IMG/VR virus record: IMGVR_UViG_2596583600_000002
Coordinates: 14,752 to 78,751 of that record
Direction: 5' to 3' (one strand)
DNA length: 64,000 nt
Source of the DNA: a virus
Taxonomy: Duplodnaviria > Caudoviricetes
Part shown: piece by piece, positions 8,875 through 19,600 of the stretch
Layout of the letters: each line of letters opens with the position of its first letter
Position numbering within the stretch: position 1 is the first letter of the stretch
Made by a program: the position numbers and the translations under genes
The notes under the pieces: generated by a model
Database searches by the model: none
Told to the model about the DNA's origin: nothing
The model's input: only the letters and a program-made list of their open reading frames with translations

Positions 8875-9453
8875 ATGCAAAATTATCTCACGAAATCGCA
8901 GGTCCGTGGTCTGCGGGAAAAGCCGATCAGGGCTGGTGAAGTATTCACGGCTGATCCGCGATTCGTGGTTCGTCTCGTGGAGATCGGGGCGCTCGAAGCC
9001 ACCGATCTGTCCGCAACGGTCGATCTGGAAGAGGCGGATGACATTTTTCCCAGGGACCATTACGACCCTGGCACCGGCATCCCTTTGGTTGCTGTCAATG
9101 ATCGCGATGCGCTCCTGACCGCGATCGCGGATTTGGGCGGTATCGTTTTCTTCCCCGGCTCTGGCTTGCCTGATCTTGCCGCGCAGGCGCTGGTCGATTT
9201 TTCCAATGATGATCTGTTCGTCGAATTGGATGTCCGCATCGGTGAGGGGCGTCTGACGCTGGACGATGTGCTTTTGCGTTTTGCGCGGCCTGCCGTTGAC
9301 GATCAACAGGTTGCGCCGCCTGCTGGTGAGACAATCCAGTCGGGACAGGATGGCGCAGAGGGGACGGATAGCGGCACCCCGGCCGTGTCTGATCCCGCCC
9401 CCTCCAAGGCCGCGCCTGCATCGACCCGCAAGGGCAAGACGGCGGGCAAGTAG
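8875..9453 (+). CDS. hypothetical virion-associated protein
   Basis: GGAG RBS; lies between capsid and adaptor genes. Confidence 0.6.
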   Translation: MQNYLTKSQVRGLREKPIRAGEVFTADPRFVVRLVEIGALEATDLSATVDLEEADDIFPRDHYDPGTGIPLVAVNDRDALLTAIADLGGIVFFPGSGLPDLAAQALVDFSNDDLFVELDVRIGEGRLTLDDVLLRFARPAVDDQQVAPPAGETIQSGQDGAEGTDSGTPAVSDPAPSKAAPASTRKGKTAGK

Positions 9454-9458
9454 GTTTC

Positions 9459-10184
9459 ATGCCGCTTGAAACGATCCTGAAACAGCCTTCCGAAACGCTG
9501 CGCCGGTCGGTCACCTTCAATGGGGTGTCGACGATCACGGCGCTGCATTCGGTCGAGGCGGAGGCCAGGGGGATGGTCTCCGGTGCCGCAGCGCTGGATG
9601 TCACGCCCACGCTGTTTGCCGGTGCACTGACGCTCGCCATATCCGGGGGGACGGATGGCGAGCGTTACCTTGTCACAGCCATTGCCGACGACGCGGAAGG
9701 CGCGCGGGCGGAAACGGAGCTGGAGATCGTCGTCATAGACGCGGCCTGGGCGATGCCGGACGGGGGCGCACCCTATCTCACCATTGCCGAATTCGTCGAC
9801 CGCTTCGGCCTGCCGGAAGTCGTGGCGATGACCGATGGCGACGGACGCGGCCGAATCGATCGGGCGTTGTTGGTGGCTGCCCTGGTCAGCGGGCAGTCCG
9901 TCGCGGATGCGCATATTGCCGCGCGTTATGCCGTGCCGCTTCAGGATATCCCGCTGATCGTCAAGAAGATCGTGGGCGATCTGGCGCGGGCCGAACTGTA
10001 TCCGCGCGGTGCGCCGGATGGCGTTTCCGACCAGGCGAAGCAATCGCTGCGCATGCTGGAGCGCATCCAGTCCGGCGCGATGCCGATCCCGGCCGGAACG
10101 CCCCCGGCCGACGCGCTGAGCGACAATCCGGTCCTGATTTCTCCGGGCTATCGCGCCTATCCCGACGGGCTGAAAGGCTACTGA
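9459..10184 (+). CDS. head-tail adaptor (Mu gp36/DUF1320-like) with an extra N-terminal domain
   Basis: C-terminal PYLTIAEFVDRFG..E...ADAHIAARY.VPL...GDLARAELY; N-terminal KQPSE...GGTDGERYLVT. Confidence 0.78.
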   Translation: MPLETILKQPSETLRRSVTFNGVSTITALHSVEAEARGMVSGAAALDVTPTLFAGALTLAISGGTDGERYLVTAIADDAEGARAETELEIVVIDAAWAMPDGGAPYLTIAEFVDRFGLPEVVAMTDGDGRGRIDRALLVAALVSGQSVADAHIAARYAVPLQDIPLIVKKIVGDLARAELYPRGAPDGVSDQAKQSLRMLERIQSGAMPIPAGTPPADALSDNPVLISPGYRAYPDGLKGY

Positions 10185-10714
10185 TGGGCGCGGGTTTCGA
10201 TCTCTCCGTCCAGTTGGACGACGCGGCGCTGGACGCGGCGCTGTCGCAGGCCATCAAGGATGGTGCGGACCTGCGGCGGCCCATGGGCGAGATTGCCGAA
10301 GAATGGCTGGAACATGTCCGTGCCCGTTTTCAGGAAGAACGCGATCCCATGGGTGTTCCGTGGATGAAACGCCGCCTCGATCCCAATGCGCCGATCAATG
10401 TGAAAGATGCCAGCCGCAAGCTCCTGCATCTGACGGGTGATCTGGAGCGGGTCATAGTGCCCGAATTCGGATCGGACTTCGCGCAGATCGGCGTCCAGAA
10501 GACGGCTGGCCCCGCTCGCTATGCCCGCATTCATAATGAGGGCGGGACGATCCGGCCGCGCAAGGCCGGGGCGCTTTCCTTTGGCGGGCGGATTGTTTCG
10601 CAGGTGGTCATGCCGAAGCGCCAATATGTCGGTTTCGGCGATGCGGAGCGGCGTTCGGTCATGGAAATTCTGACCGACTTTGTCCGCGATCTGTTCGGGA
10701 AGCCTGCGGCATGA
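10184..10714 (+). CDS. virion morphogenesis protein (Mu gpG-like)
   Basis: RFQEERDPMG.PW, YARIHNEGG, MPKRQYVGF. Confidence 0.85.
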   Translation: MGAGFDLSVQLDDAALDAALSQAIKDGADLRRPMGEIAEEWLEHVRARFQEERDPMGVPWMKRRLDPNAPINVKDASRKLLHLTGDLERVIVPEFGSDFAQIGVQKTAGPARYARIHNEGGTIRPRKAGALSFGGRIVSQVVMPKRQYVGFGDAERRSVMEILTDFVRDLFGKPAA

Positions 10715-11127
10715 TGGCGCAACAACCTATTGTCGACCGCTTGAAGCAGTCGGGCCTGAAGCCGGTGGAAGGCGCGCTGGAATTTGCAGGGCTGACGGAA
10801 GCGCCGCGCGTCACCCCCAGCTATTTCGTGGTGCCCGAGCGCGAGGCGGCGCAGCCCAACCGCATGAGCGGCGTGATCGACCAGAAGGTGACGGAGACCT
10901 TCTCCGTGGTGATGATCATCGGTTCCGCTCGGCGGGCAGAGACGGTTTCTGAGGGGTTGAAGCGCAGTGCCGATCAGGTTGTCGATGCATTGGTCGGGTG
11001 GCGTCATCCCGAAGCGTCGGGGCCATGCGAATTCAGCGGCGGCCGCTTGGTGTCCGTGGAGGGACAGCAGGTGATCTGGGCGCTGTCCTTTACGGCTTCT
11101 CGTCACATCAGGAAGGAAAGTCAATGA
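10711..11127 (+). CDS. tail terminator-like protein
   Basis: VEGALEFA, SYFVVPERE, ALVGW.HP; position in tail module. Confidence 0.7.
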   Translation: MMAQQPIVDRLKQSGLKPVEGALEFAGLTEAPRVTPSYFVVPEREAAQPNRMSGVIDQKVTETFSVVMIIGSARRAETVSEGLKRSADQVVDALVGWRHPEASGPCEFSGGRLVSVEGQQVIWALSFTASRHIRKESQ

Positions 11128-11441
11128 GCGGCCGGACAGCCAGCAGCACACAGGACAAGCCGACGAATCCGCGCCCGGTGGACGCGGCCGGTCGTCAGTT
11201 GGATCAATGGGGCCTGCCCTTCAGCGGCCCGGCCCGCGTTCGTCATTTGCGTAAACTGGGCAAGCCCGATCCGAACATCAATCCCGCCGCCTGGACGCCG
11301 GAGCCGTCGGATGAGGGCAGGCTGTCGATGGGCAAGGGCAAATCGAATGGTGCGCCGGAGGCCAGGTCCTCTGCTGGTGCCGGAGCGGCGCAGGCCGCCC
11401 CGGTCGCGCCGGGCGTCGTGACGGAGAAGAATAATGGTTGA
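11124..11441 (+). CDS. hypothetical protein
   Basis: AAGGA RBS; overlaps both neighbours. Confidence 0.55.
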   Translation: MSGRTASSTQDKPTNPRPVDAAGRQLDQWGLPFSGPARVRHLRKLGKPDPNINPAAWTPEPSDEGRLSMGKGKSNGAPEARSSAGAGAAQAAPVAPGVVTEKNNG

Positions 11442-12372
11442 TTGGGTGGCTGTCGTTCTCGCCAAGAAGGAAGTAACCTACGGCGTCGATAGTGCGCCGA
11501 CGGTCGCAGCCAATGGCATCCTGACCCGCAATTATTCGGGCAAGCCGGTGGATATGGACCGGATCGAGCGCAATCTTGATCAGCGTGTCTTCGGTGCGCT
11601 GGCGAGCGTTCCCAGCAACGAGCGGCGCACGGTCAGCTATGAGGTGGAGATCGCGGGGTCTGGCGATGCCGGGACCGCGCCCGCGTGGATGGAGTTGCTG
11701 GAAGCCTGCGGCATGGCTGCGCCGGTCGTCACCGCCGACGTGGATGCGGTGCAGGATTTTGCCGCACCCGGCACCGTCGGCTCGTCCATCAGCCAATATG
11801 ATTTCATGAGCGATCAGCGCCGCAAGGCCGTGGGCGTGGTGGGCAATTTCACCATGGATTTCACGGCCGGGGCCTACCCCTTCTTCGGCTTCAATTGGAT
11901 GGGCCTGGTCCCGGCCGCCACGCCGTTCGACAAGAGCGCGCCCGGTGCGGTCGATGTCAGCCGCTGGCAACAGGCGGTCGAGGTCAACATCGACAATAGC
12001 GAAATGCTGCTCGATGGGCATAGCTGCATCGTGCGATCATGGCGGGCGGATGCGGGCGTCACGACCGCGATGCGCAATCTTGTCGGCAAGCGTTATGTGC
12101 GGCGCGGCAATCACAGCTTCACGTCGACCGCCGTGATCGAAGCGCCCGACATCCAGACGAAGGACTTCATCCAGTCGCTTCGCACGGGATCGCTGCTGCC
12201 ATGGTCGCTGGACCATGGCGTGACGGCTGGAAACATCATCGGGCTGGAGAGCGCCAAGGTCCAGATCACGGACATCACCGAAAGCAATGAGGACGACACC
12301 CTCATGTGGACGGTGGCGATGACGCACACGGTCGAGGGCGGATCGGCCGACCTCACCATTACCGCGAAATAA
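11434..12372 (+). CDS. tail tube (major tail) protein
   Basis: LAKKEVTYG.D..P, EIAGSG.AGTAPAW..LLEACG; no sheath gene seen. Confidence 0.8.
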   Translation: MVDWVAVVLAKKEVTYGVDSAPTVAANGILTRNYSGKPVDMDRIERNLDQRVFGALASVPSNERRTVSYEVEIAGSGDAGTAPAWMELLEACGMAAPVVTADVDAVQDFAAPGTVGSSISQYDFMSDQRRKAVGVVGNFTMDFTAGAYPFFGFNWMGLVPAATPFDKSAPGAVDVSRWQQAVEVNIDNSEMLLDGHSCIVRSWRADAGVTTAMRNLVGKRYVRRGNHSFTSTAVIEAPDIQTKDFIQSLRTGSLLPWSLDHGVTAGNIIGLESAKVQITDITESNEDDTLMWTVAMTHTVEGGSADLTITAK

Positions 12373-12486
12373 CACCCGAGGGGGCTTTGACGCCCCGCTG
12401 GCGTCCGGGCTGGCGGGGAAGAGCCGGATAACGGGAAGGGCACTGCCGCGACAACGGTCCTTTCCACCCAGTTGAAGGATCATTTC

Positions 12487-12891
12487 ATGTTCAAGGTTAT
12501 TTCCGAAACCCTCGTCTGGTGGCCGGTGCTTTTCCCCGGCGTGACGGAAGATGGCAAAGTCATCGAGAACAAGATCGAGATGCGCTTCGTCATCCTGGAC
12601 GAGGACGCCATTGACGATTTCACCCGTGCCACCGCCATCATAGTGGGAGCGCCGGTAGATGAAGATGCGGGCGCCGCTGATGTAGACCGCACTCCCAGCA
12701 TCCTCATGCAGCGCGCCCTGGAACCGATCGTGCGCGACTGGCGCTTGGTTGCGGCGGCCAATGGCGAACCGCTCGCATTCAATCCCGATAATTTCCGCGC
12801 GTTGCTGCGGGTTCCCAACGTCTTTCGCGAAATCCTTGGCGCATATGCCGCCTGCCGCGCCGGTCGCGCGGAGACCCGCAAGGGAAACTGA
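12487..12891 (+). CDS. tail assembly chaperone G
   Basis: between tube and tape measure; ends G GGA AAC TGA. Confidence 0.8.
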   Translation: MFKVISETLVWWPVLFPGVTEDGKVIENKIEMRFVILDEDAIDDFTRATAIIVGAPVDEDAGAADVDRTPSILMQRALEPIVRDWRLVAAANGEPLAFNPDNFRALLRVPNVFREILGAYAACRAGRAETRKGN

Positions 12892-13247
12892 AAGCCGCCG
12901 CGCGCGCCTGGGCCAGCGGGCGCGGCGGCGCTACCCGGAGGAACGACGATCCCATGACCCGCTCCGCCATCATGCCGAAATGGATGCTGGATCGACTCGC
13001 GGGCACGGTCGAGCGACCGGGGGAAATCGAGCTTGCGCCGGACGAGGCGCTGTCGTTCAGTCTCTTTGCCGCGCTCGGCACCCAGTGGGAGCGCCATGCC
13101 ATGACGGGTCTCCGCCTGGGCATCTCCTATCCCGCCATCCCGGTCACCGCGCAGATGCTCGACATCGCGATGACGCCCGTCGTCTTTCAGGACATCCGCA
13201 TCATGGAACGCGCCGCGCTGGATGAATTTGCGAGGGCGGCCCGGTGA
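12882..13247 (+). CDS. tail chaperone GT extension via -1 frameshift (DUF1799-like)
   Basis: -1 frame is open from slippery GGGAAAC to 13247; LGTQW...GISYPA...IRIMERAAL. Confidence 0.8.
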   Translation, partial: GKLKAAARAWASGRGGATRRNDDPMTRSAIMPKWMLDRLAGTVERPGEIELAPDEALSFSLFAALGTQWERHAMTGLRLGISYPAIPVTAQMLDIAMTPVVFQDIRIMERAALDEFARAAR

Positions 13248-16200
13248 GCGACATTGTCGTTGGCGTCCGGCTTACCGCCGACGGGTCCGGCCTGGTCGGG
13301 CAAATCAAGGTCTCGAAGACGGCGCTGCAGGAGCTGCGCGGCGCGGAGAAGGGCGCGGCCGAGGGCGCGCGCGATCTGGCGCAGGCGTCGGAACAGGCTG
13401 CCAAGGCGCAGATGCAATCTGCCCAGGCGGCGCGGCAGGCGTCGGGCGCGTCCGCCGCACTGACGAAGAATGTAGGCCTGCAGCGCGCAGGCTGGCAGCA
13501 GGTCGGGTTTCAGCTTCAGGACGTCTCCATTCAATATTCGATGGGGACGCGGCTCAGCCAGATTTTCGCGATGCAGTCGGGCCAGTTGGCATCGGCCATC
13601 GCCATGATCGCGCAGAGCGCCGAGGGAGGCAAAGGCAAGCTGGCGGGATTTGCCAGTTTTCTCGCTGGGCCATGGGGCATCGCGATCGGCGTGGCTGTGT
13701 CCGTGGGCACGGCGTTGGCGTCGACTTTGATGGATACGGCGAAGGCGTCGGACCTAGCCAAGGCTGGGGCCAGTGGTCTCGCCGATGCCCAATCGGTGCT
13801 TGGCGAGATTTTCGACCTGACATCGGGAAAGATCAAATCTCAGAATGATCTTCTGGTCGCCAACGCCCGATTGATGGCCATCAATCTGCGATCCGAAGCT
13901 CTGGCTCAGCGAACGTCTTCACGCGATACGTTCGCCAGTTCGGACGAAATGTCGTGGAGCCAGCGCGCGCGCGGCTATGCCAGCATATTGTTGCCGGGGA
14001 GCCTCGGCCGTGCAGTAGCGGGCGATTATTACGGAGCGCGAGACAACCAGTCTGTGTTGGGCGGGCTGGATGCCGAGCGCGCTAATATCTCGGCCATTAA
14101 GGACGATCGGCAACGTGAAGTCGCGATTTCCCGCTTTATGGACCGGATCGAAGGCACGGATTTCTCCGGGCTAAAGGTCGATCGCGATGCCTATTTGAAG
14201 GCGTTTATCGACGACCTTTCGGCAACCTCAAAGGAGGTCATGGCTGCGAAGATCGACGAGTCGCTCAATACCGGCCGGCTCGCCGATGAATTGAAACGGT
14301 CCGACAACAGCAAGCCCAAGAAAGACAACAGCGCGGCAAAGGCGGCCCGTGAGGCCGAACGCCTCGCACAGTTCAGCGAGCGCGCGGCCGAGGCGGTGGC
14401 GCGTCTCGATGACAGCTACAATACCGCGCCCCGCGATATCGACCGCGCCCGCCAGTCCACCGCGCAGCTCGACGCGATTATCCGCGACGTCAACAAGCGG
14501 CTGGAAAATGGCAAGAACCTCACGGCGGCTCAGCGCAACGAGCTGAACCGTATCAAGGATGACGCCGAACGGCTGAAGCCGGTCATCCAGCAGAGCCTTG
14601 TCCGTCCTATCCTCGACATGCTGGACGGTCAGGGCCGCCAGATCGAACTGGGGCGATTGCAGTTGGCGGGCCGTCAGGCAGATGCCGAGGCGCTTCAGCT
14701 CACATGGTCGATGATGGACAAGCTGGGCGTCGAGAGCGAGGAGCAGCTTGCCATCGAACTGGCGAAGCGCGGCGTCACGCAGGATCAGGTCCGCGCGCTT
14801 TACGGCAATCTGGAAGCCCTCCGCCAGCAGACGCGCGAAATGCGCGTCCAGCAGCAAATCCAGCAGACGTGGCTGTCGTCCGTTCAGGATATGCGGGAAA
14901 ATGTCCGCCTCACCATGGAGGATTTGCGGAAGGAAGGGCCGAAGGCGGTCGGCGATTTCTTCAAGCGCAGCATGGATGTGGTGGACCGGCTGTTCTCGGA
15001 ACTGGTGACCGAAAAGCTGTTCGGCGATTTCTTCCGCGATCTGGAGGATCAGATCACCGGCAAGGACAAGGTCAGCAAGGCGGGGGACAGGCTGGCGGTT
15101 GAGGTCGGCAGGGCGGCGGCCGAGATGAAAACCGCGTCGTCGCATATTGCTGACCTCGGAAAGGCAGCGGCGTCTGCGGCCGGTAATCTGGCCGGTTCTG
15201 GCGGCGGGGGTGGCGTCGCGGGCGTGGCCCTTGGAACGGTCGACGCGGATATCACTGTCACCGCCAACCCGCTGAGGGTGCTGAAGAGCGGGTTCAAGGA
15301 AGGCTTCGAAGAGGTTTTCGACGATCTTAAGTCCGGCCTGGACAAGACGTTCAGCAACATCTTCGGCGACAAGGGCATCTTCAGCGAGTCGCTCGGCAAG
15401 ACACTTGGGCAGGCGTTCGGCCATGGTGCGCTGGGCGGTGCCGCCGGGAGCCTCGTCACCGGGATGTTCGGCATTCAGGGCAGCAGCACGGGCGGGATGC
15501 TGGGCGGCGCGCTGGGCGGCGCGCTCGGCAAGGAACTGCTGGGCGGCCTTGGCAGCTTCGCCGGGCCATTGGGGTCCATCATCGGCGGAACGCTGGGTTC
15601 GGTCGTCGGCGGCCTGCTCAAGAAAACCAAATATGGCACGGCGGTCGTTACGGGCGGCGGCGAGGACGATGTTTCCGTCGCGGGAAACAGCAGCAGCCGC
15701 AAGCAGGCGTCGATCGGCCTTGCCAGTTCGATCCAGGATACGCTCAGCCAGATCGCGGAGGAGTTCGACGCGTCGGTGGGATCGTTCAACACGTCGATCG
15801 GTGTGTACAAGAAGAAGTACCGCGTCTCCACCACCGGCTATCAGGGCAAGCTCAATTTCAGCGGAGCGTCGGCGAACGGCCTCTATAATTTCGACGACGA
15901 CGAAGCCGGGGCCATCGCCTTCGGCACGCTGGATGCCATCCGCGACGGCGGCATCAAGGGCATGTCGGACGCGATCCGCAAGGCGTTCAACAGCAGTGAC
16001 GATCTGGACAAGGCATTGCAGGAAGCGATGAAGGTCCGCGAGGTCGAAACGATCCTGGGCGGCCTTGGCACGGCGCTGGAAAGCCAGTTCAAGGACTTTG
16101 AGCGCCAGGCGAGGGAACGCGTCCGGATCGCCCGCGAATATGGCTTCGACGTGGTCGCGATCGAGAAGAAGAACGCGGAGGATCGCGCCAGGCTGGTCGA

Positions 16201-16678
16201 CCAGATTTTGGCCGACCGCATCGGATCGCTGCAATCGCTGCTCGACAACATGAAATATGGCGACCTGTTCGAAGGCTCGCTCGCCGATCAGCGGCAGGCG
16301 CTGCTGGCGCAGGTCGCGCAGGCGAGGACGGCGGCCGAGGCTGGCGATGAAGGCGCTGCCGACCGGCTTGCCAACCTGTCGCGCCAGTTGGTCGAACTGT
16401 CGCGCGATGCGTTCGGCACGGCCGGGGCGGAATATGCGTCCGATCGCGACAGTGTAATCGGCACGGCCGAGGCGGTCATCAAGGCGGAGAATGAGCGGAT
16501 CAAGGCCGCGCAGGATGCCGCGACCAAGCAGACCGAAGCGACCCAGGCGGTGGCGGACAACACGGCGGCGGCGAACGACAAGCTGGACGCCATGGTCCGC
16601 GCGCTCAAGGATTTGGGCGTCAACTGGGGCAGCGGCAGTATCGGGGCCAACCTCAACACCTCGCTGGTGGCGCGATGA
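13244..16678 (+). CDS. tail tape measure protein
   Basis: 1144 aa, Ala-rich helical; QVGFQLQDVSIQ...Q.FAMQ, FLAGPWG. Confidence 0.9.
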   Translation: MSDIVVGVRLTADGSGLVGQIKVSKTALQELRGAEKGAAEGARDLAQASEQAAKAQMQSAQAARQASGASAALTKNVGLQRAGWQQVGFQLQDVSIQYSMGTRLSQIFAMQSGQLASAIAMIAQSAEGGKGKLAGFASFLAGPWGIAIGVAVSVGTALASTLMDTAKASDLAKAGASGLADAQSVLGEIFDLTSGKIKSQNDLLVANARLMAINLRSEALAQRTSSRDTFASSDEMSWSQRARGYASILLPGSLGRAVAGDYYGARDNQSVLGGLDAERANISAIKDDRQREVAISRFMDRIEGTDFSGLKVDRDAYLKAFIDDLSATSKEVMAAKIDESLNTGRLADELKRSDNSKPKKDNSAAKAAREAERLAQFSERAAEAVARLDDSYNTAPRDIDRARQSTAQLDAIIRDVNKRLENGKNLTAAQRNELNRIKDDAERLKPVIQQSLVRPILDMLDGQGRQIELGRLQLAGRQADAEALQLTWSMMDKLGVESEEQLAIELAKRGVTQDQVRALYGNLEALRQQTREMRVQQQIQQTWLSSVQDMRENVRLTMEDLRKEGPKAVGDFFKRSMDVVDRLFSELVTEKLFGDFFRDLEDQITGKDKVSKAGDRLAVEVGRAAAEMKTASSHIADLGKAAASAAGNLAGSGGGGGVAGVALGTVDADITVTANPLRVLKSGFKEGFEEVFDDLKSGLDKTFSNIFGDKGIFSESLGKTLGQAFGHGALGGAAGSLVTGMFGIQGSSTGGMLGGALGGALGKELLGGLGSFAGPLGSIIGGTLGSVVGGLLKKTKYGTAVVTGGGEDDVSVAGNSSSRKQASIGLASSIQDTLSQIAEEFDASVGSFNTSIGVYKKKYRVSTTGYQGKLNFSGASANGLYNFDDDEAGAIAFGTLDAIRDGGIKGMSDAIRKAFNSSDDLDKALQEAMKVREVETILGGLGTALESQFKDFERQARERVRIAREYGFDVVAIEKKNAEDRARLVDQILADRIGSLQSLLDNMKYGDLFEGSLADQRQALLAQVAQARTAAEAGDEGAADRLANLSRQLVELSRDAFGTAGAEYASDRDSVIGTAEAVIKAENERIKAAQDAATKQTEATQAVADNTAAANDKLDAMVRALKDLGVNWGSGSIGANLNTSLVAR

Positions 16679-19600
16679 GCGTCGTCGTCCGCATCCGTGC
16701 ATGGCCGCGCGTAGCGGCGACCGGCGCGCCCGTCGCCCTGTTCCTTGCGGGCGGCGGGAATGATGCGCCCTATCATGACGGGGCGAACCACTATCAGGCC
16801 GGTGTCGTCGCCGATCCGCGCTTTGAGGCGTCCCTGTCCTTCACCGATGAAAGCTGGGCGGCCCGCGCGATCCCGCAGGCCAGCGCCATCGGCTGGATGC
16901 CCGACAATCCCGCGCGACTCGACGGCATGGCCGCCTATTACTGGCGCGACGCCGCGATCGAGATCGACCGGATCAAGGATGGCGTCGTCACCCGCCGCCT
17001 GACCGGCACGATCGCGGAGGCGACCGTGGCTGAGGGCCGTCTGGTCATCACCTGCGCGGACCTGTCGCAGCGCCTGGACAAGGCCATCGCCACCGCCACC
17101 TTCGCCGGGACGGGCGGCATCGAGGGCGGCGATTTCGCCATCGGCCGGGTCAAGCGGCGCAACTTTGGCCTGGTCTGGAACATCGAAGGGCGGCTGCTCG
17201 ACAAGGCCAACAATATCTATGAGTTCGGCGATCCGGCCTTTGCCCTTCAGGGCTGCACCGCGCTGCGGGACAAGGGGCGCGCCGGAACGCTGGCCATCCT
17301 CGGCTGGCAGGGCAGCATGGCCGCGACCTTCGCTGCCTTGCAGGCGTCCGTGCCGGTGCGGGGCGGCGGCGTGTTCGCACCTTCCATCGCCTGCGCCAAA
17401 TGGTGGACCCAGCCATCCGGCCCGCTCACCGCCGACCTGAAGGGCGAAGCGGCAGGCTATTCGGAGAATGTGGTCGGGGTCGCCGCGCAGCTGCTCGATC
17501 GCGCGAACGGTCCTGCGATCGCCAATCAGGCGGCGGCGCAGGCATTCCGCACCGGCCCGGCCGGGCTGCACATCGGCGACGCCAATGAAAGCATGGCGGC
17601 CGCGCTGGACCGGCTGCTCCAGAAAGTGACGCTGATCTGGACGCTCCAGCCGACCGGCGAAGTCGTGATCCGCGAATGGACCTTCACCGGCCCGGTCGAA
17701 AGCCTGAACGCCATCTTCATCGGTCGTGAAAGGACGCTGCAACCCGTCCACACGCGCAAGGTCGGCTATCGCAAGAATGAGCGCGAGCATGGCGACGGGG
17801 AGATTTCCATCGCGGTGCTGGCCGGGGACGTCGTCTATGAGGACGGGACGACTAGCGAGGCAATGAAGCCCGCCGAGCCGGGTGCGACCAACAGCGCCGA
17901 TCCTTCGTCGGCCTTTGGACCGGGCAAGACGGTCCAGGATGTCCTCACCGAAGTGAACGGCAAGATTGAGGGCATCCTCAATCCTCCCGACATGCCCGGC
18001 ATCCCGACGCTGGGCAGCCGCATGAAGATGGGGCCGGATCAGACGCAGCTTGTCACCCTGCGGGCGTCCTGGACGGCGGCCATCAGCCCGGATGTTTCGG
18101 GCTATGTCGTGCGGGTGCAACAGGACGGTTTCGACTGGATCGAATATCTGGTCGGACCGGGCGAAAGCACATGGGAAGGCCCCGTCAGCGCCCATACACT
18201 CTACCGCGTCCAGATTGCTTCCTTCGACTGGCAGAACAACCGTTCCTCCTTCACGCTGCCGATCCAGTCGATCACGACGGCGCGCGATACGACCGCGCCG
18301 GGTCTGCCGACAGGCATCACGGCAGCGGCTTCCCTCACGTCCATCTTCGTCGAGGCGACCGCGCCTGCCGACGCCGATCTGGATGCTGTCGAGATCTGGG
18401 AGAATGCCACCAGCGACACGGGGACGCGGACGCTGCTGACCGTGGTCAAGGCGCGGCCGGGGCAGACCGTCGCCTATGCTCGCTCTGGTCTCGGTTCCAA
18501 TGTCACGCGCTATTACTGGATGCGGGCGGTCGATACCTCCGGCAACTTGTCGGGCTTCACTGCCGTGGCCTCCGCCACCACGCCCCGCGCCGTCGCCAAT
18601 GATATCGCCGATGGAATCATCAGCAACCAGAAGCTGTTCAATGGCCTTGCGGCGGTTGAAACCGTCGCGGCGCTTCCCTCGACCGGCAATTTCCGTGGCC
18701 GCACCATCATGCTCCAGACCGATGGCAAGCTCTATCGCTGGAACTCGACGGCGACGACGGGCACGGCAAACTGGTCGGCTGCGGTGGCGACAGGCGACCT
18801 GACCGGCCAGATCATCTCGACCCAGATCACGGATAACGCGATCACGACGCCCAAGATCGCGACCGGGGCCGTCACGGCCAATGAAATCGCAGGCGGGACG
18901 ATCACGGGCAACAAGATCGTGGCGGGCACTATCAGCGGTTCCCTCATCGCCGCCAACGCCATCACGGCATCGAAAATGCTCATCGGCGACACCTCAAACA
19001 TGGTGCCCGACCCATCGTGCAATGATCTCGACGCATGGACAGTGGACGGAAGCACCATATCCATCGTCGCGACCGGTTTTGCTGTTGCTGGCCAAAACCG
19101 TTTGTCCACTCCGGCGCAGACAGGTTTTGCCCATATCAAAACCGCAGCGATGGATGTCGAACCGGGGGCGTCCTATTACGGGAAAACATGGTCCGGGCCG
19201 GAAACCGGCGTCTCCATCAATGTCTTCACGCGCGTCGAATGGTATGCATTGAACGCCGCAGGGGTCGAGACATATCTCTCCGCCTCGAACATTTCCGCCT
19301 CGACCGCGACAACCGCTCTCCGCACGGTCGATGGCATTGTCACCGCGCCCGCCACCGCCCGACGGGCCAGACTGGTGGCGGGGCGGGACAGCGGAAATAA
19401 CTCCAATTTCACAGCCGCGAACTTCATTTTCCGGAAGGCGTCTTCGGGCGAACTGATCGTGGATGGCGCGATCCTCGCTCAGCATCTTTCGGCCAGCAGC
19501 GTGACGGCCAACGCCATTTCGGCTGGCGCTGTGATCGCTGACAAGATCGCGGCAAACGCGGTCACGACGGCGAAGATCAACACGGGGGCGGTCACTGCCA

